From Octopus vulgaris (Eukaryota), in contig OX597823.1 of assembly GCA_951406725.2 (NCBI GenBank), forward strand, positions 99,386,001-99,450,000: a stretch of DNA of 64,000 nucleotides, in the 5' to 3' direction. The translations under genes and the position numbers were made by a program. The notes beneath the pieces were generated by a model, which saw nothing but the letters and a program-made list of their open reading frames with translations, ran no database searches and was not told where the DNA came from. Of the stretch, positions 1 through 12,224 are shown piece after piece; the first letter of the stretch is position 1, and the number at the start of each line of letters is the position of its first letter.

Positions 1-911
1 TGTCAAAGTTTATTTCTCTTTTTTTATTTTAAATAATTTTAAAGTGTCAAATGCTGAAAGTTTTCATTTGAATATTGCGTATTTTGAAAAGTTTATTCAT
101 TGAGTAAACTTTGTTTTGGTTAGGAATTGAGTTCTGTGTCTTTTTCTTGGATAAATGCTCTTAATTTTAGATGAAATTATGCATTAATATGACCTAAAGA
201 AAGATGGAATCTCTTGAGTTGTAAAGTTCTTGAAATATCTCTTTAGAATAATTCCAGCAACTTAAAAAAGGTCAAGAGTTAAGAGAAGAAATTACCCTTA
301 ATTCTAAATTTGGTAAATATCTGTAAAAACATTCTAAACAAATTTAGATTGTTTTAAGTCAGCCACATTTCCTGTCAGATGGTAACCTTAACTGTAAAAA
401 AAATTTCCTTTTGATAAATCCAAAAGAATGCAACAAACAAGCAGTAATTACTTATGCAATAATTCATGACAGGAAAACAAAAACAAAATCGAAATTGAAT
501 TTTTGTTTGGAATTGTTTTCTAAAATTGAATAACAATTATCTCATTTGTAGTATTTAACTTCCATCTTCTGAGGATTTACTTCCTGTGGAAGAAGTGGGA
601 TAAAAACATAAAAAAGGAAAAAAAAAATCGTTTTTTAGCATTGCTGTTGATGAGTTGATAATTTATCAACAACAACCAACTGACACAGCCGTGTTTTTAT
701 TTCAATCTGGAGTTTGAGCAGTGCCATCCAAGTAATGGCTTGCTTGTTGTTGCTGATAAGAGATTTCGATGCCATCTGACAGTTTATTCTTAGGTTTATT
801 CATTACAAAAAGGTAACATTAGGAGCTGGATTCCAGCATTCTCTGAAAAGACTCCTTATGTTCCACTTTGTATGTTTGTCTATAAATTTTTACTGATCTA
901 TATCAGGGTTA

Positions 912-1323
912 TACTCTACTCTCTTTTACTCTTTTACTTGTTTCAGTCATTTGACTGTAGCCATGCTGGAGCACCACCTTTAGTCGAGCAACTCGACCCC
1001 GGGACTTATTCTTTGTAAGCCTAATACTTATTCTATCGGTCTCTATTGCCGAACCGCTAAGTTACGGGGACGTAAACACACCAGCATCGGTTGTCAAGCG
1101 ATGTTGGGGGGACAAACACAGACACACAAACACACACATACACATATATATATATACATATATACGACAGGCTTCTTTCAGTTTCCGTCTACCAAATCCA
1201 CTCACAAGGCTTTGGTCGGCCCGGGGCTATAGCAGAAGACACTTGCCCAAGGTGCCATGCAGTGGGACTGAACCCGGAACCATGTGGTTGCTTAGCAAGC
1301 TACTTACCACACAGCCACTCCTG
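912..1323 (-). mobile_element. tRNA-derived SINE, family A, full-length copy
   Basis: The minus strand reads GGAGTGGCTGTGTGGTAAG (A box), GGTTCCGGGTTCAGTCCC (B box), CCTTGGGCAAGTGTCTT, an internal TA/TG tract and an (AAAGAGT)n tail. A closely similar copy lies at 40769-41162 on the plus strand. Confidence 0.9.
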
Positions 1324-1462
1324 CTGAATATTTAAAAAAAAATTTCGTATTCAGCTTTAAGTTTCTACTTTTGATTAATAAAAGCTCATTATCTGCAGAT
1401 CCAGAAACCATTTTACCAAACAAGCATTATTTTTGTATGGATTATATTGTTTATATATACAA

Positions 1463-1794
1463 TTCTTTCTTTTATTTGTTTCAATCATCAGACTGCAGCC
1501 CATGCTGGGGCACCACCTTCAAGAATTTTAGTCAAATGATGACTCCCAGGTGGTTGTTGTTGTTTTTAAAGCCTGGTTCTAATTCCACCAATCTCTTTTG
1601 TTGAACTTCTAAGTTACTGGGAGTAAACACACTAACCCTGGTTGCCAAGCAGTGGTGGGTAACACACACACAAACACACTGGGCTTCCTTCAGTTTCTGT
1701 CTACTATATTCACTTACATGGCTTTGGTTAGCCTGGAGCTATAATGGAAGACACTTGCCCAACATGTCATGTGTTGGGACTGAACCCAGAACCA
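1463..1794 (-). mobile_element. Older SINE family A copy, 3' part, split by a LINE insertion
   Basis: Degenerate match to 912-1323 up to GGGACTGAACCCAGAACCAT. The missing head resumes at about 6168. Confidence 0.85.
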
Positions 1795-4700
1795 TCATTA
1801 TCATCATCATTTAATGTCAGTTTTCCATGCTAGCATGGGTTGGACGATTTTGACTGAGGGCTGGCAACCAGATGGTTGCACCAGGCGCCAGTCTTGATCT
1901 GGCAGAGTTTCTATAGCTGGATGCCCTTCCTAATGGCAACCACTCTGAGAGTGTAGTGGGTGCTTTTTACGTGCCACCTGCACGGGGGCCAGTCAGGTGG
2001 TACTGGCAATGACCTCGCTCGAATCTTTTTTCACGTGTCACTGGCACAGGTGCCAGTGAAGCGACATTGGTAACAATCACGTTCGAATGGTGCCCTTTTA
2101 CATGCCACGGGTACAGAAGCCAGTTGGCTGCTCTGGCAACAATCACGCTCGGATGGTGTTCTTGGCACCCTCCTAGCACAGGCATAAGTGCCAGTAAGGC
2201 AATGCTGGTAACGATCATACTTGAATAGCTGCTCTGTCAATGATCACACTCATATGGTGCTCTTTGCACCCCGCTAGCACGGATGCCAGTCATTGAAATG
2301 ATTTTGATTTTGAATTTGATTTCACTTGCCTCAACAGGTCTTCGCAAGCAAAGTTTAGTGACCAAAGAAGGAAAAGGTACGCATAAGCGGGCTGGTTACG
2401 CTCCTGACATAGGCCATAGGTTATGGTCTCATCTGGCTTGCCAAGTCTTCTCAAGCACAGCATATTTCCAAAAGTCTCGATCGCTAGTCATTTCCTTGGT
2501 GAGGCCTAATGTTCGAAGGTCGTGCTTCACCACTTCATCCCAGGTCTTCCTGGGTCTACCTCTTCCACAAGTTCCCTCAACCACTAGGGTGTGACACTTT
2601 TTCACACCGCTATCCTCATCAATTCTCACCACATGACCATATCAGTGCAGTCGTATCTCTTGCAGACCACATCTAATGCTTCTTAGGTCCAACTTTTCTC
2701 TCAAGGTACTTACACTATGTTGAGTATGCACACTGACATTACACATCCATCGGATCATACTGGCTTCATTTCTTGCGAGCTTACGCATATCCTCAGCAGT
2801 CACAGCCCATGTTTCACAGCCGTGTAGCATGGCTGTTCATACACATGCATCATACAGTCTACCTTTTACTCTGAGCGAGAGGCCCTTTGTCACCAGCAGA
2901 GGTAAGAGCTCTCTGAACTTTGCCCAAGCTATTCTTATTCTAGCAGCTATACATTCAGTGCACCCTCCTTCGCTACTGATTTGGTCACCTAGATAACGAA
3001 AGCTATCAACTACTTCTTGTTTTTCTCCCTGGAATGTGGCGGAAGTTGGTCTCTGCGCATTTTCAGTGTTTATCGCTCCCAAGCATCTGCCACATACAAA
3101 AACTATCTTCCCAGTTAGCCTTCCTTTGATATTACTGCACCTCTTATGTGTCCTTAGCTTACACTGGGTACATCTTATAGAGTTTCTACCTACGCCTCTA
3201 CTACAGATCGAGCAGGGCCATCTACCTGAAGGCGTTTGTGGCTTGCCTGCCTTCCTACTTATTAGGACTTTGGTTTTAGCTAGGTTGATTCTAAGGCCCT
3301 TTGATTCTAATCCTTGTTTCCACACTTAAAACTTCTCCTCCAGTTCTGATAGTGACTCAGCGATTAGAGCAAGGTCGTCAGCATAGAGGAGCTCCCAGAG
3401 GCATTCTGTGTGGAATTCCTCCGTTATTGCCTGGAGGACTATGATAAATAGGAGGGGGCTGAGGGCTGAACCCTGGTGGACCCCAACCTCTACCTTGAAT
3501 TCTTTAGTGTACTCATTGCCAATCCTTACCTTACTTACAGCATCCCTGTACATGGCTTGCACAGCTCTTACTAACCATTCATCTATCCCTAGTTTCCTCA
3601 TTAACCACCAGATAAGGGATCGGGGGACCCTGTCAAAGGCTTTCTCCATGTCAATGAAAGCCAGGTACAGGGGCTTATCTTTGGCTAGGTATTTCTCCTG
3701 CAGCTGTCTTACCAGAAATATGGCATCAGTGGTGCTTTTCCCTGGCACGAAACCAAACTGCATCTCATCCAAGCTGACTCTCTCCCTAATAAGTTGGGTT
3801 ATGATCCTCTCTGTAACCTTCATTACCTGATCCAACAGCTTGATATCTCTGTAATTATTTGTATCTAGGGCATCCCCTTTACTTTTGTAGCAGTTAACTA
3901 TTATCCTGCTACACCAGTCATTGGGTATGACTTGTTCGTGTATCACCTGGTTAACTATACGGGTGACTTGGCTATAGCTGACACTGCCAGAGATTTTGAG
4001 CATCTCTGCAGTAATTCCTGATGGGCCTGGGGCTTTCCCTGTCTTCATACTTCTAATTGCCTTAACTACCAAGGAACTGTCAACACGGATAGCCGGTCCC
4101 TCTGTTGGGTCCACATTCGGCAGACTCTCTTTATCCCATGCATTTTCTTTATTCAGCAACCTTTCATAGTGGCGTCTCCATACCATTCTCTTTGCATCGC
4201 CATTTAGCGCAAGTGAACCATCATCCATGTGAACATATTTCTCTCCTACCACATCACGCTTCTCTCTCACACACTGTCTTGCAACACGAAATATCTCAAG
4301 TCTTTGGTCCTCACAGCACAGAACATTGGCAAATTTTTTCTTATCTGCTTCAACCTCTGGCTAAATACACCTGCCTCCTAGCTTCCCTTCTGGCAGTCTG
4401 ATACACTTCCTTGCTACCACCGTTCTTCCAGTCCTTTCAAGCCTGTTTTTTTTGTCTAATAGCCCTGTCAACAATATTGTTCCACCACCACGTTATTTTG
4501 GGTCTTGAGGGGACTTTGCACCATCCACAGATCTGGTCAGTGGCTCTCAGCAGGTTGTCCCTTAGAAACCTCCAGTTGTCTTCTACCCCATGTGAAGCTT
4601 TATCCCCTTCTACTTCGTTAAAGGCTTCAAGTAATATGTCTCTAAATCTTTGTCCATTCGCAGGATCTTTAAGCTTCCAGACCCTTCTTCTCCATGTTGG

Positions 4701-6168
4701 TCGTCTTCTGGTTGTCCTCTTAGTCCTGATCCTAAAGTCACTAACTACCAGTCTATGTTGTGGGGTACATTCTTCACCTGGGAAGCTTTTGGCATTTATA
4801 AGCAGCCATCTTTCCCTTTTTCTGGCAAGGATGTAGTCAATTTGGCTAGTATGTCGGCCGATCAGTAGGTGACTAGGTGGCTGGTAGGTTTCCTGAAGTT
4901 AGTGTTGTAGACCATAAGATCATTTGCATCACAGAATTCCAGCAGCCTGGTTCCCTCCTCATTGCAGGACCCATAACCGTAGCCTCCATGTATGTCATGG
5001 AAGGCCCCAGCATGTTGTCCAACATGCCCATTGAAGTCACCAGCCACAAAGAGAAGGTCCCTGTCATTCGTCAACGAGGTAGTCTTGCAGTAGGGTGTCA
5101 TAGAATCGGTCTTTCTGTCCATCGGCTAGCTCTGGCTGAGGGACATAGGCCAATATAATGGTTGCTAATCCATGATGAAGCACTAACCTAATCTTAAGTA
5201 TTCTGTCACATACTCTGACTACCTCAATTACCTTATCTACCCATTTTTCAGCGAGAAGTATACCCACGCCCCTGACCCTGTCAGTGTTCCCAGCCCAGAA
5301 AATCTTGTACCTGTGTTCTTTGCCTGTGAGGAACCTAGCAGAACCTCCTCTCCACCTCACTTCTTGGATGCAACACATATTGACATTTCTCCATTCAAGC
5401 ATCTCAACAATCTCGCCAGACCTACCTTTCAGTGTGCCAATGTTGAGGGTGCCAACCCTGAGGGTGTGGGAGGTATGGGCCCTAGAGACCCTGGGGCGGG
5501 GGACAGTGGCTTCATGTACCTGAAAAGAAAATGCGCATTTGGCAGGATTCATAGACAAACAATAGACTTAAGTTCAAACCGCGTACACTACACTATCATA
5601 TTTTGCACTGTATGATCACTACCTTATATAGCAGGGGGTTGGGGTGGCATAAGCATTTAGAAGTATTCATGAGAGACAACCAAGGATGACAAAATTGGGA
5701 CTTCCGGTAAAGGTGGAGGGGGCGGGTGCACCGTCAAAACTAGCAGCCATGAAGGGGCGCATCTCTTGGAAAAGGTATACTTCGTTGTAGATATTAAGAG
5801 ACATAATTGAGAGAGAGAGTGAGATAGTTAATTTAACAGGACAGCAAATGTTGATAATAGAATTTAAGAATCTGAGAGCCAATCTAAGACAAAATTGGAG
5901 ACTAAATGTCTGTGTGATGGACTTTCATGAGTGAGGGAATAGGTTGCAGATTTAGGGTAGATGCGTGAGCTAAATTTATCTTAGACATCGATAAGTAAGA
6001 AGGAACTATAGAATTATATATTTAACATGAGGTGTGAAGCTGAAATAGACAGAGTGAAACAGAATAGTGATAAACTAATAAGGGTTAATGAATTGCACAG
6101 AAATAATACAAGGTAGTTAAATGGGTTGAATTTAAAGGAATGCTTATCTGTGATGCATCATCTTTTAT
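1795..6168 (-). mobile_element. Near full-length RTE-clade non-LTR retrotransposon (LINE), ~4.4 kb, inactivated
   Basis: APE endonuclease motifs (TLNIGTL, IQEVRW, AGDFNGHVG), RT motifs (KAPGPSGI, QFGF, DMEKAFDRV, HQGSALSP, YADD, FRYLG), RTE C-terminal RGRPRKTW, 3' UTR with repeat modules and a (GAT)n tail. Both ends are fixed by the halves of the split SINE. Confidence 0.93.
2429..5520 (-). pseudogene. RTE ORF (APE endonuclease + reverse transcriptase with internal PHD-like finger), broken by stops and frameshifts
   Basis: ORF fragments 5064-5558, 4862-5122, 3326-4270, 2837-3325, 2642-2830 and 2429-2632 concatenate into one EN-RT protein. Confidence 0.93.
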
Positions 6169-6211
6169 GTTCGTGGGAAGTAAACCTCTTATCACACAGC
6201 CACGCCTGTGC
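6168..6211 (-). mobile_element. 5' head of the SINE split by the RTE insertion
   Basis: GTTCGTGGGAAGTAAACCTCTTATCACACAGCCACGCCTGTGCC is the expected continuation of the SINE broken at 1794 (compare 1283-1323). Confidence 0.8.
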
Positions 6212-6320
6212 CTATATGTAAAAGACTTGTTTTATTTATATTCCTGAGCACCATACTAATACAATTGTTTGTTTGTATTCCACCTGCCTTCGTCTTTTGT
6301 TTATTTTCATAAAGCATCAG
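6212..6320 (+). mobile_element. Penelope-like terminal fragment
   Basis: GTAAAAGACT...TTCCTGAGCACCATACTAATAC...CCACCTGCCTTCGTCTTTTG matches 13511-13600 and 58970-59060. Confidence 0.55.
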
Positions 6321-6409
6321 AACGCAGGACCTGGCACCAGTCCTGCTTTTCATACTGTCTCTCTGACTCACTATAACCATTCATCATCCAACACAAGATC
6401 ACCTCTTCC

Positions 6410-6752
6410 AATGCCCCCTCCCCTCTCAAAAGATTTTTTTTGTCTTGCAAATACTTGATGACCCTGTTAGTGCAGGTGCCACTTAAAAAGCATCCAGTCT
6501 GCACTGTAAAGTGGTTGACGTTTGGAAGGGCATCCAGCTGTAAAAACCTTACAAAAACTGACCTCATCAATGCTTGTGCCATGTAAAAAGCACTCTGTCC
6601 ACTCTGCTAGGTGGGTGGTGTTAGGAAGGGCATCAAGCTGTCAAAATCCTGCCAAAACAGTCAACAAAAGTCTGCCTGGCCAGCTCTTGTCAAATCATTC
6701 CACCCATGCCAGCAAGGAAGGTGGATGTTAAACAATGATGAGGCAGATGATT
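6410..6752 (+). mobile_element. RTE 3'-tail fragments (two tandem partial copies)
   Basis: Two GGAAGGGCATC(C/A)AGCTG cores followed by ACCCATGCCAGCA and a GAT-type tail. Confidence 0.75.
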
Positions 6753-7428
6753 TGCCATCTGATTCAGCAAAGTGAGGGATTATTTTTTTTTATACCAGTT
6801 TTTCAATCATGAGCAGGAAAACTTCCTATTTCAGCTATGTTGATGTGAAAACTCATACAGTGTATCCATCCAAGCTACCAGCAGTAGTCTCAATGAATAC
6901 CTTCGGATCAGTAATTAAACTTTAACCATTCATTAACTCTGCACAATAAAAGGGTATTACAGCATTTGGTAGAATTCTTTTCAAGACACTGTCCTATTTG
7001 AAATTAGACTCTGCATCCATTTCTAAAGCAATTATCATAATCATTATTTTAACATTTAATTTCCCATGCTTATAGGTAGAGTGAAATTCAGTGAAGCAAA
7101 TTTTTCAATCGTCGGATGCCATTCTTGTTGTCAATCTTCACTTGTTTCCAAGCAAGGTAATATTTCTGCTTGTATGGCAAACATGAATGGCATTATAGTC
7201 AGCCATATTCTCATGAAAGACTGCAACTGTATGATACCATTTGTATGATGGTGACATTTGACACCCATCAGTCTTTGAGAAACCCCTGTGGAGGAGGATG
7301 AAGAGTAATTCAAGAAAAGACTGAAGACCAGTCTTCAAACTGTGTATATAAATGATATATATTCATCTAATGCAGTTTAAAGCTGTTTGACAAATAACCC
7401 CTATTTACAAATCCATGTATATTCCACT

Positions 7429-7825
7429 TCATCATCATCATCATCATCATTTAGTGTCCATTTTCTATGCTGGCATGGGTTAGATGGTTTGCCTGGAATT
7501 GGGAAGCCAGAGAACTGTACCAGGCTCCAGTCTGATTTGACTTGCTTACTACAGCTGGATGCCCTTCCTGACACCAACCACTCCAAGAGTGTAATGGGTG
7601 CCTTTTATGCGTCACTGGCACTGACCATGACTACAATTTCACTTGGCTTGATGAGTTTTCTCAAGCACAGCAAATCACCAAAGGTCTCAGTCTCTTGTCA
7701 TCACCTTCATGAGACCTAACGCCAAAAGATCATACTTCACCATCTTATTCCATGTCTTTCTGGGTCTATCTCTTCCACATGTTCCCTCCACAGTTAGAAA
7801 TCAGCACATGTTACTGCAGTTGTAT
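7429..7825 (-). mobile_element. 5'-truncated RTE 3' end
   Basis: (CAT)n, CCATTTTCTATGCTGGCATGGG, CAGCTGGATGCCCTTCC, then the antisense of the C-terminal GRPRKTW region. Confidence 0.8.
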
Positions 7826-7944
7826 CATTTGATACAAATCTGGAATTTGGGTGTTTCACATGCAGAAAATAAAACAAAACATAAGCACTCGCCATATTTG
7901 TGGATTTGTATAGTTTTGAGTTTAACTCCAAAATTCATGAACAT

Positions 7945-8290
7945 CATTACCAGAGTGGCTAACTGGCTTCCATGCTGGTGGCACATAAAAGGCACCATTT
8001 GAGTGTAATCGTTACCAGTGTCGCCTTACTGGCACTTGTGCTGGTGGTACGTGAAAAAAGATTTGAGCGAGGTCGTTGCCAGTACCACCTGACTAGCCCC
8101 CGTGCTGGTGGCACGTAAAAGCACCCACTACACTCTCAGAGTGGTTGGCATTAGGAAGGGCATCTAGCTGTAGAAACTCTGCCAGATCAAGATTGGAGCC
8201 TGGTGCAGCCTTCTGGTTCACCAGCCCTCAGTCAAATCGTCCAACCCATGCTAGCATGGAAAGAGGACGTAAAACAATGATGCTGATCAT
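7945..8290 (+). mobile_element. RTE 3' UTR fragment with hairpin modules
   Basis: Repeated GGTGGCAC..AAAAG(G)CAC modules, GGAAGGGCATCTAGCTG, CCAACCCATGCTAGCATGG and tail. Same subfamily as 1795-2300. Confidence 0.85.
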
Positions 8291-8409
8291 CATATTAATG
8301 ATCTACTAATATGCTAATTAAATAATAAGTTTTACAAAGTTGAACATATATTCTCCAAAACAATATTGGCATCCCTTGAAAATATTGGAGCCAAGATAAA
8401 TCTTTCTCA

Positions 8410-8830
8410 GTGCAAAGAAGAGGATTAAATTCAATTTGTTCTAGCAATGGCACACAACTGAAGGAGATCAGTAACTTGGGGGCCTATGTTGCTGACAGTA
8501 AGGAAGGCTTCCTTATACACAAAGGACAAGCCTACAGTACCTGTAATAAACTTCACAACATTTGGCAACCAAGCATTTCAAAGTTGCTAAGGCTGGTCTT
8601 ATTCAGAGTACACATAAAGAGCATTCTTCTTCATGGAATCAAATCTTGTGTTAAAGGGGCTTCAAGGTCACCTTGATACTATGTTAGGTTTCCCATGAAG
8701 ATCCAAAATACATCATGGAGTGAACAAAACAAAAAAGAATTTCCATGCGCATTCTATCATCTCTGCTATTGTTGTTCATTGCAAAGTAGTCTTTCCTGGC
8801 CACTGCTATCATACTGAATACTATTGTATT
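8410..8830 (+). mobile_element. Old RTE/RTE-X-like RT C-terminal remnant from a different family
   Basis: The translation SSNGTQLKEISNLGAYVADS...KGQAYSTCNKLHNIWQ...LFRVHIKSILLHG resembles the post-motif-7 region (YLGS...AW..LxxIWxS...ESVLLYG) of RTE-type elements. Confidence 0.6.
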
Positions 8831-9004
8831 CATAATTTAATTAATTTGCTAAAATTTATAATTAGCAATTGGTTTTCTCAACATATTTGTTCTGTTTCTT
8901 GTGACATTTGATCAATGGTAGTTTTTCTTTCTGCTTTTACTTGCTGCCAGGCTGTTTTTTTTTAAATAACACCATATGCCTGAAATATCTGTCATTGAGT
9001 CAGT

Positions 9005-9190
9005 GAAGGAGCCTCTACATGACTGGTTGACCTAAAAATAACAGTTAAACTGCACCATGCTATCTTAGAAAAGGACATGTTGGATAACATAGTCTAGGGT
9101 TCCTTGCATATCAGAGAAAAAGAGGAAGGTCATAGCCGATCATAGGTTTATCCTATCAGGTGTAACCCAGGGCTAAATAACAGTAACAAT
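9005..9190 (+). repeat. Old dispersed repeat, unclassified
   Basis: Loose similarity to 26250-26450 (GGAG.CTCTA...CTAAA.AACA) and antisense similarity at about 57340-57570. Confidence 0.4.
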
Positions 9191-9949
9191 GTTTCTGTTC
9201 TTATTCTCAGAGCTCACGTAGATGATCAAGGCAAAGAAAATATATTAATAATTAAAGACAAACATCAGAGCTGTAATTTTATGTTGTGTAATTTACTTTG
9301 TTTTGGTAATGTAATTGAAAATGTGAAGAATATTAAACAAAAATACAAGTCTTGTAAGTATTCATTGCCATGGGAATATTTTGCTGATAATACCTCCTCT
9401 CTTGTAAAGCTCTTTCATTATTTCGATGTGTGTTTGCATTCATTTAACTCTTGGCCAGACTCAAACAGAAATGTTTTTCAAGATTGTTAAATAAAATTGT
9501 TCAAACCGCATGGGTTCCACAAACGGCACTTTTCTTTTCTCTTCTTTTCTCTTCACAGTTGGCACTTGTAGGTGCACAGTTTGAATATTGTTATTCATTC
9601 TTTGACTTTTCATGTTTATTTAATAACTGAAAAGAGAGCAAAAAGTATTTACTACACAAAAACTTACATTATGTCAGCATTCAGGAATGTCAGCAGAAAC
9701 ATAGTGTTACAGCATTACAGACTTCAGTAAGTTGCCAAAGTTTTATGTTGCTCATCTGTTGAGTTTCTTTTAATGAATGAGATGACTCAAGCTATCTTGG
9801 CTACAGATTACCGCCATCTTCTTTTAGGTTTCTTTCAAGAGATTTCTGTTTATTTCCGCTATTTAAATATGAACCAAAAATGTAATGAATTTCATAGGTT
9901 AATTTCTTTTAAAATATGATTTCACTCAGATAAAATAAAATAACTACTG

Positions 9950-10245
9950 AGATGTACTTGCATAGCAAGTAACCTGATCTGAGATCGTGTGTTGGAACAA
10001 AAACAATTGCAGCCTGTGCTTGAGAAGGAAGACCATCGAGTGGAGTAAAATCATAGTCATGGTGTCACGCAAATGGCACCTATGCCGATGACACGTAAAA
10101 GCACCCATTACACTCTTCAAGTGGTTGGTGTTAGGAAGGGCATCCAGCTGTAGAAACCATGCCAAATCAAATAGGAGTCAGCTTTGGTCAACCCACCCAA
10201 CCCATGCCAGCATGGACAATGGATGCTAAATGATGATGATGATGA
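9950..10245 (+). mobile_element. RTE 3'-tail fragment
   Basis: CTGTGCTTGAGAAG...GGAAGGGCATCCAGCTGTAGAAAC...CCCATGCCAGCATGG followed by (GAT)n. Confidence 0.8.
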
Positions 10246-11740
10246 TATATCAATCAATTGATTTACATTAGACACCTAATCAATGTTAAGCTGTATTTAC
10301 TTATGTCATACTGGGTTAATATAATCCATACTGGTTTTATGTATTTAAGTAACACTAACTCTTGTCTGACTAATATGTCACATCATTTCAGTGTGGCACA
10401 CTATCATGTGCCATTTGCATTTCAGCTGAAGATAATCCACTGCAATGAGAACATTTCTATGTAAATCACTTGGGTTGTTCCTAAAGCAGCTAATTCCTCA
10501 CTTAAACAAGTCGTGGATTTCTTTTTCTTTTGAAAGTACATATGAAGATGGGAAATAGCAGGAGAGATAAAGTAAGGAATAGGGGGAAAAAGAAACCTCG
10601 GCACATTTTTCTGCAAAATTGCCCTTCTCCATATTCAGAATTGTTTACCATTGGTTTTAGACATGCATTTCAACATGCTTTGAACACCTTTATTTGTGCT
10701 GCTATAAATGAAGTCCTTTGCTTGTCATGGCTTGAGTGCAATTTTAAAGCAATTGAAGCCATGGTCATTAGTTACAAAGACACGGTTTATTTTGATCATT
10801 ATGTATTTATGATCAAAGTTAGGTTTGATAAAAGTAAATGGTAGGTGGCAGCAGTTGTTTGGACTGTGGACTCATCTGAAGAAACCTGCTAAAGTCAGCT
10901 AAATGTTTGCTGTACAAGAATATAATCTCTATATGGAAGCAGTTCCAGTTAAGAATCAAAATTGGACGGTAGACTCAGTTTATAAAGAACGTGCTACATT
11001 CTGTGCTGCATTTCCACCTCAATTATATACTGTTGTTTTTTAGGCTATTTGCTTAAAACAAATGCAAAATTTCCTATTCTAATTAAAGTAAAATATAATT
11101 AAAATGCAAGTTATTCCTGTGATCACTTAAACTCTGTTTTAATTACATGCATGTATAGATATTTATCATCTACTTAATAACTTACTGCTTATCAAAATAT
11201 TATAGTTTATATTAAATTTTGTTGACAATAAAAATAAATGGAAAAAATGTAAATGGCCTATCTAAAATCAAACATTTCAAAAAGTATGTTTCTTCTGAGC
11301 TAACTTTTATAGGAATTATCATTTTATTTTGTTGCTTTTCTTGTTTTCTTGAATGTGTAGACTTTTACGTAAATTATTAGCTTTGACACTTTCCTTGTTT
11401 TTAATTTGATTGAAACATTCTTTTAGCATATAGTGTTTTATTTAATTCAGTGATGTTCTAAAGAGAAATACTTCAGAAAAATAAATAATCTCTTTCAGGA
11501 TCATTAAATAAGAATAATTATTGAAAGTATTGGAAAAGCAATCAGTGTATTGTAAGAATCTATATTAGAAGCTACATTTCACTCATTTGCTCAGATATTA
11601 ATTAATAAGTTAGTTTTATGTTTACACAATTGTTTTGGAAATTAATATATCCTATGCATTATTATTCTGTTTCTGTTTAATGCAAGGAAGAACACCAGAA
11701 ATTTATAGATTAATTAATTTCTAGGATATTCTAGCTCTAA

Positions 11741-11742
<2 letters not shown>

Positions 11743-11780
<38 letters not shown>
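11743..11780. repeat. (TA)n microsatellite
   Basis: Perfect TA run. Confidence 0.95.
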
Positions 11781-11783
<3 letters not shown>

Positions 11784-12224
11784 TAAATTGTATTTATTTG
11801 AACTTATTTTTAATTAAGGTAAAAATAATAAATGACAGTATAATGTCTGATATCTTAAATCTGGTCGACATTATACATGTTGTATGAATTCAATTCATTA
11901 TGTATTGATAATCCTTAAATAATATTAAACAGATATTCCAAAGATAATTGTAGAATCGTTCACTGTTCTGTTTAACCTTCTGTTTGTTATGTAGGTTAGA
12001 TTGTATAAACATCAACATTATCATCACCATCATCATCATCATCATCATCATCACATGTCTATTTCTCTGGTAAGGGTTGAACCAGTCACATAGTATTTGT
12101 TACTCATCTTTGATCCTTTGTCTCACACACACACAGAGCAAAGTAGCCATCTTATTGTGTGTCTCATTTATTTTGTCTTTTTTACAGTGTATACTCTTCC
12201 TTTGACCAATCATTTAACACTGTA

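Noticed and set aside
1255-1323. tRNA gene
   Set aside because: A and B boxes are present, but they form the head of a multi-copy SINE and no full cloverleaf is evident.
3036-4836. Plus-strand ORFs (3036-3329, 3408-3830, 4411-4836) and their equivalents at 32595-33750 minus
   Set aside because: They are antisense shadows of the RTE coding sequence.
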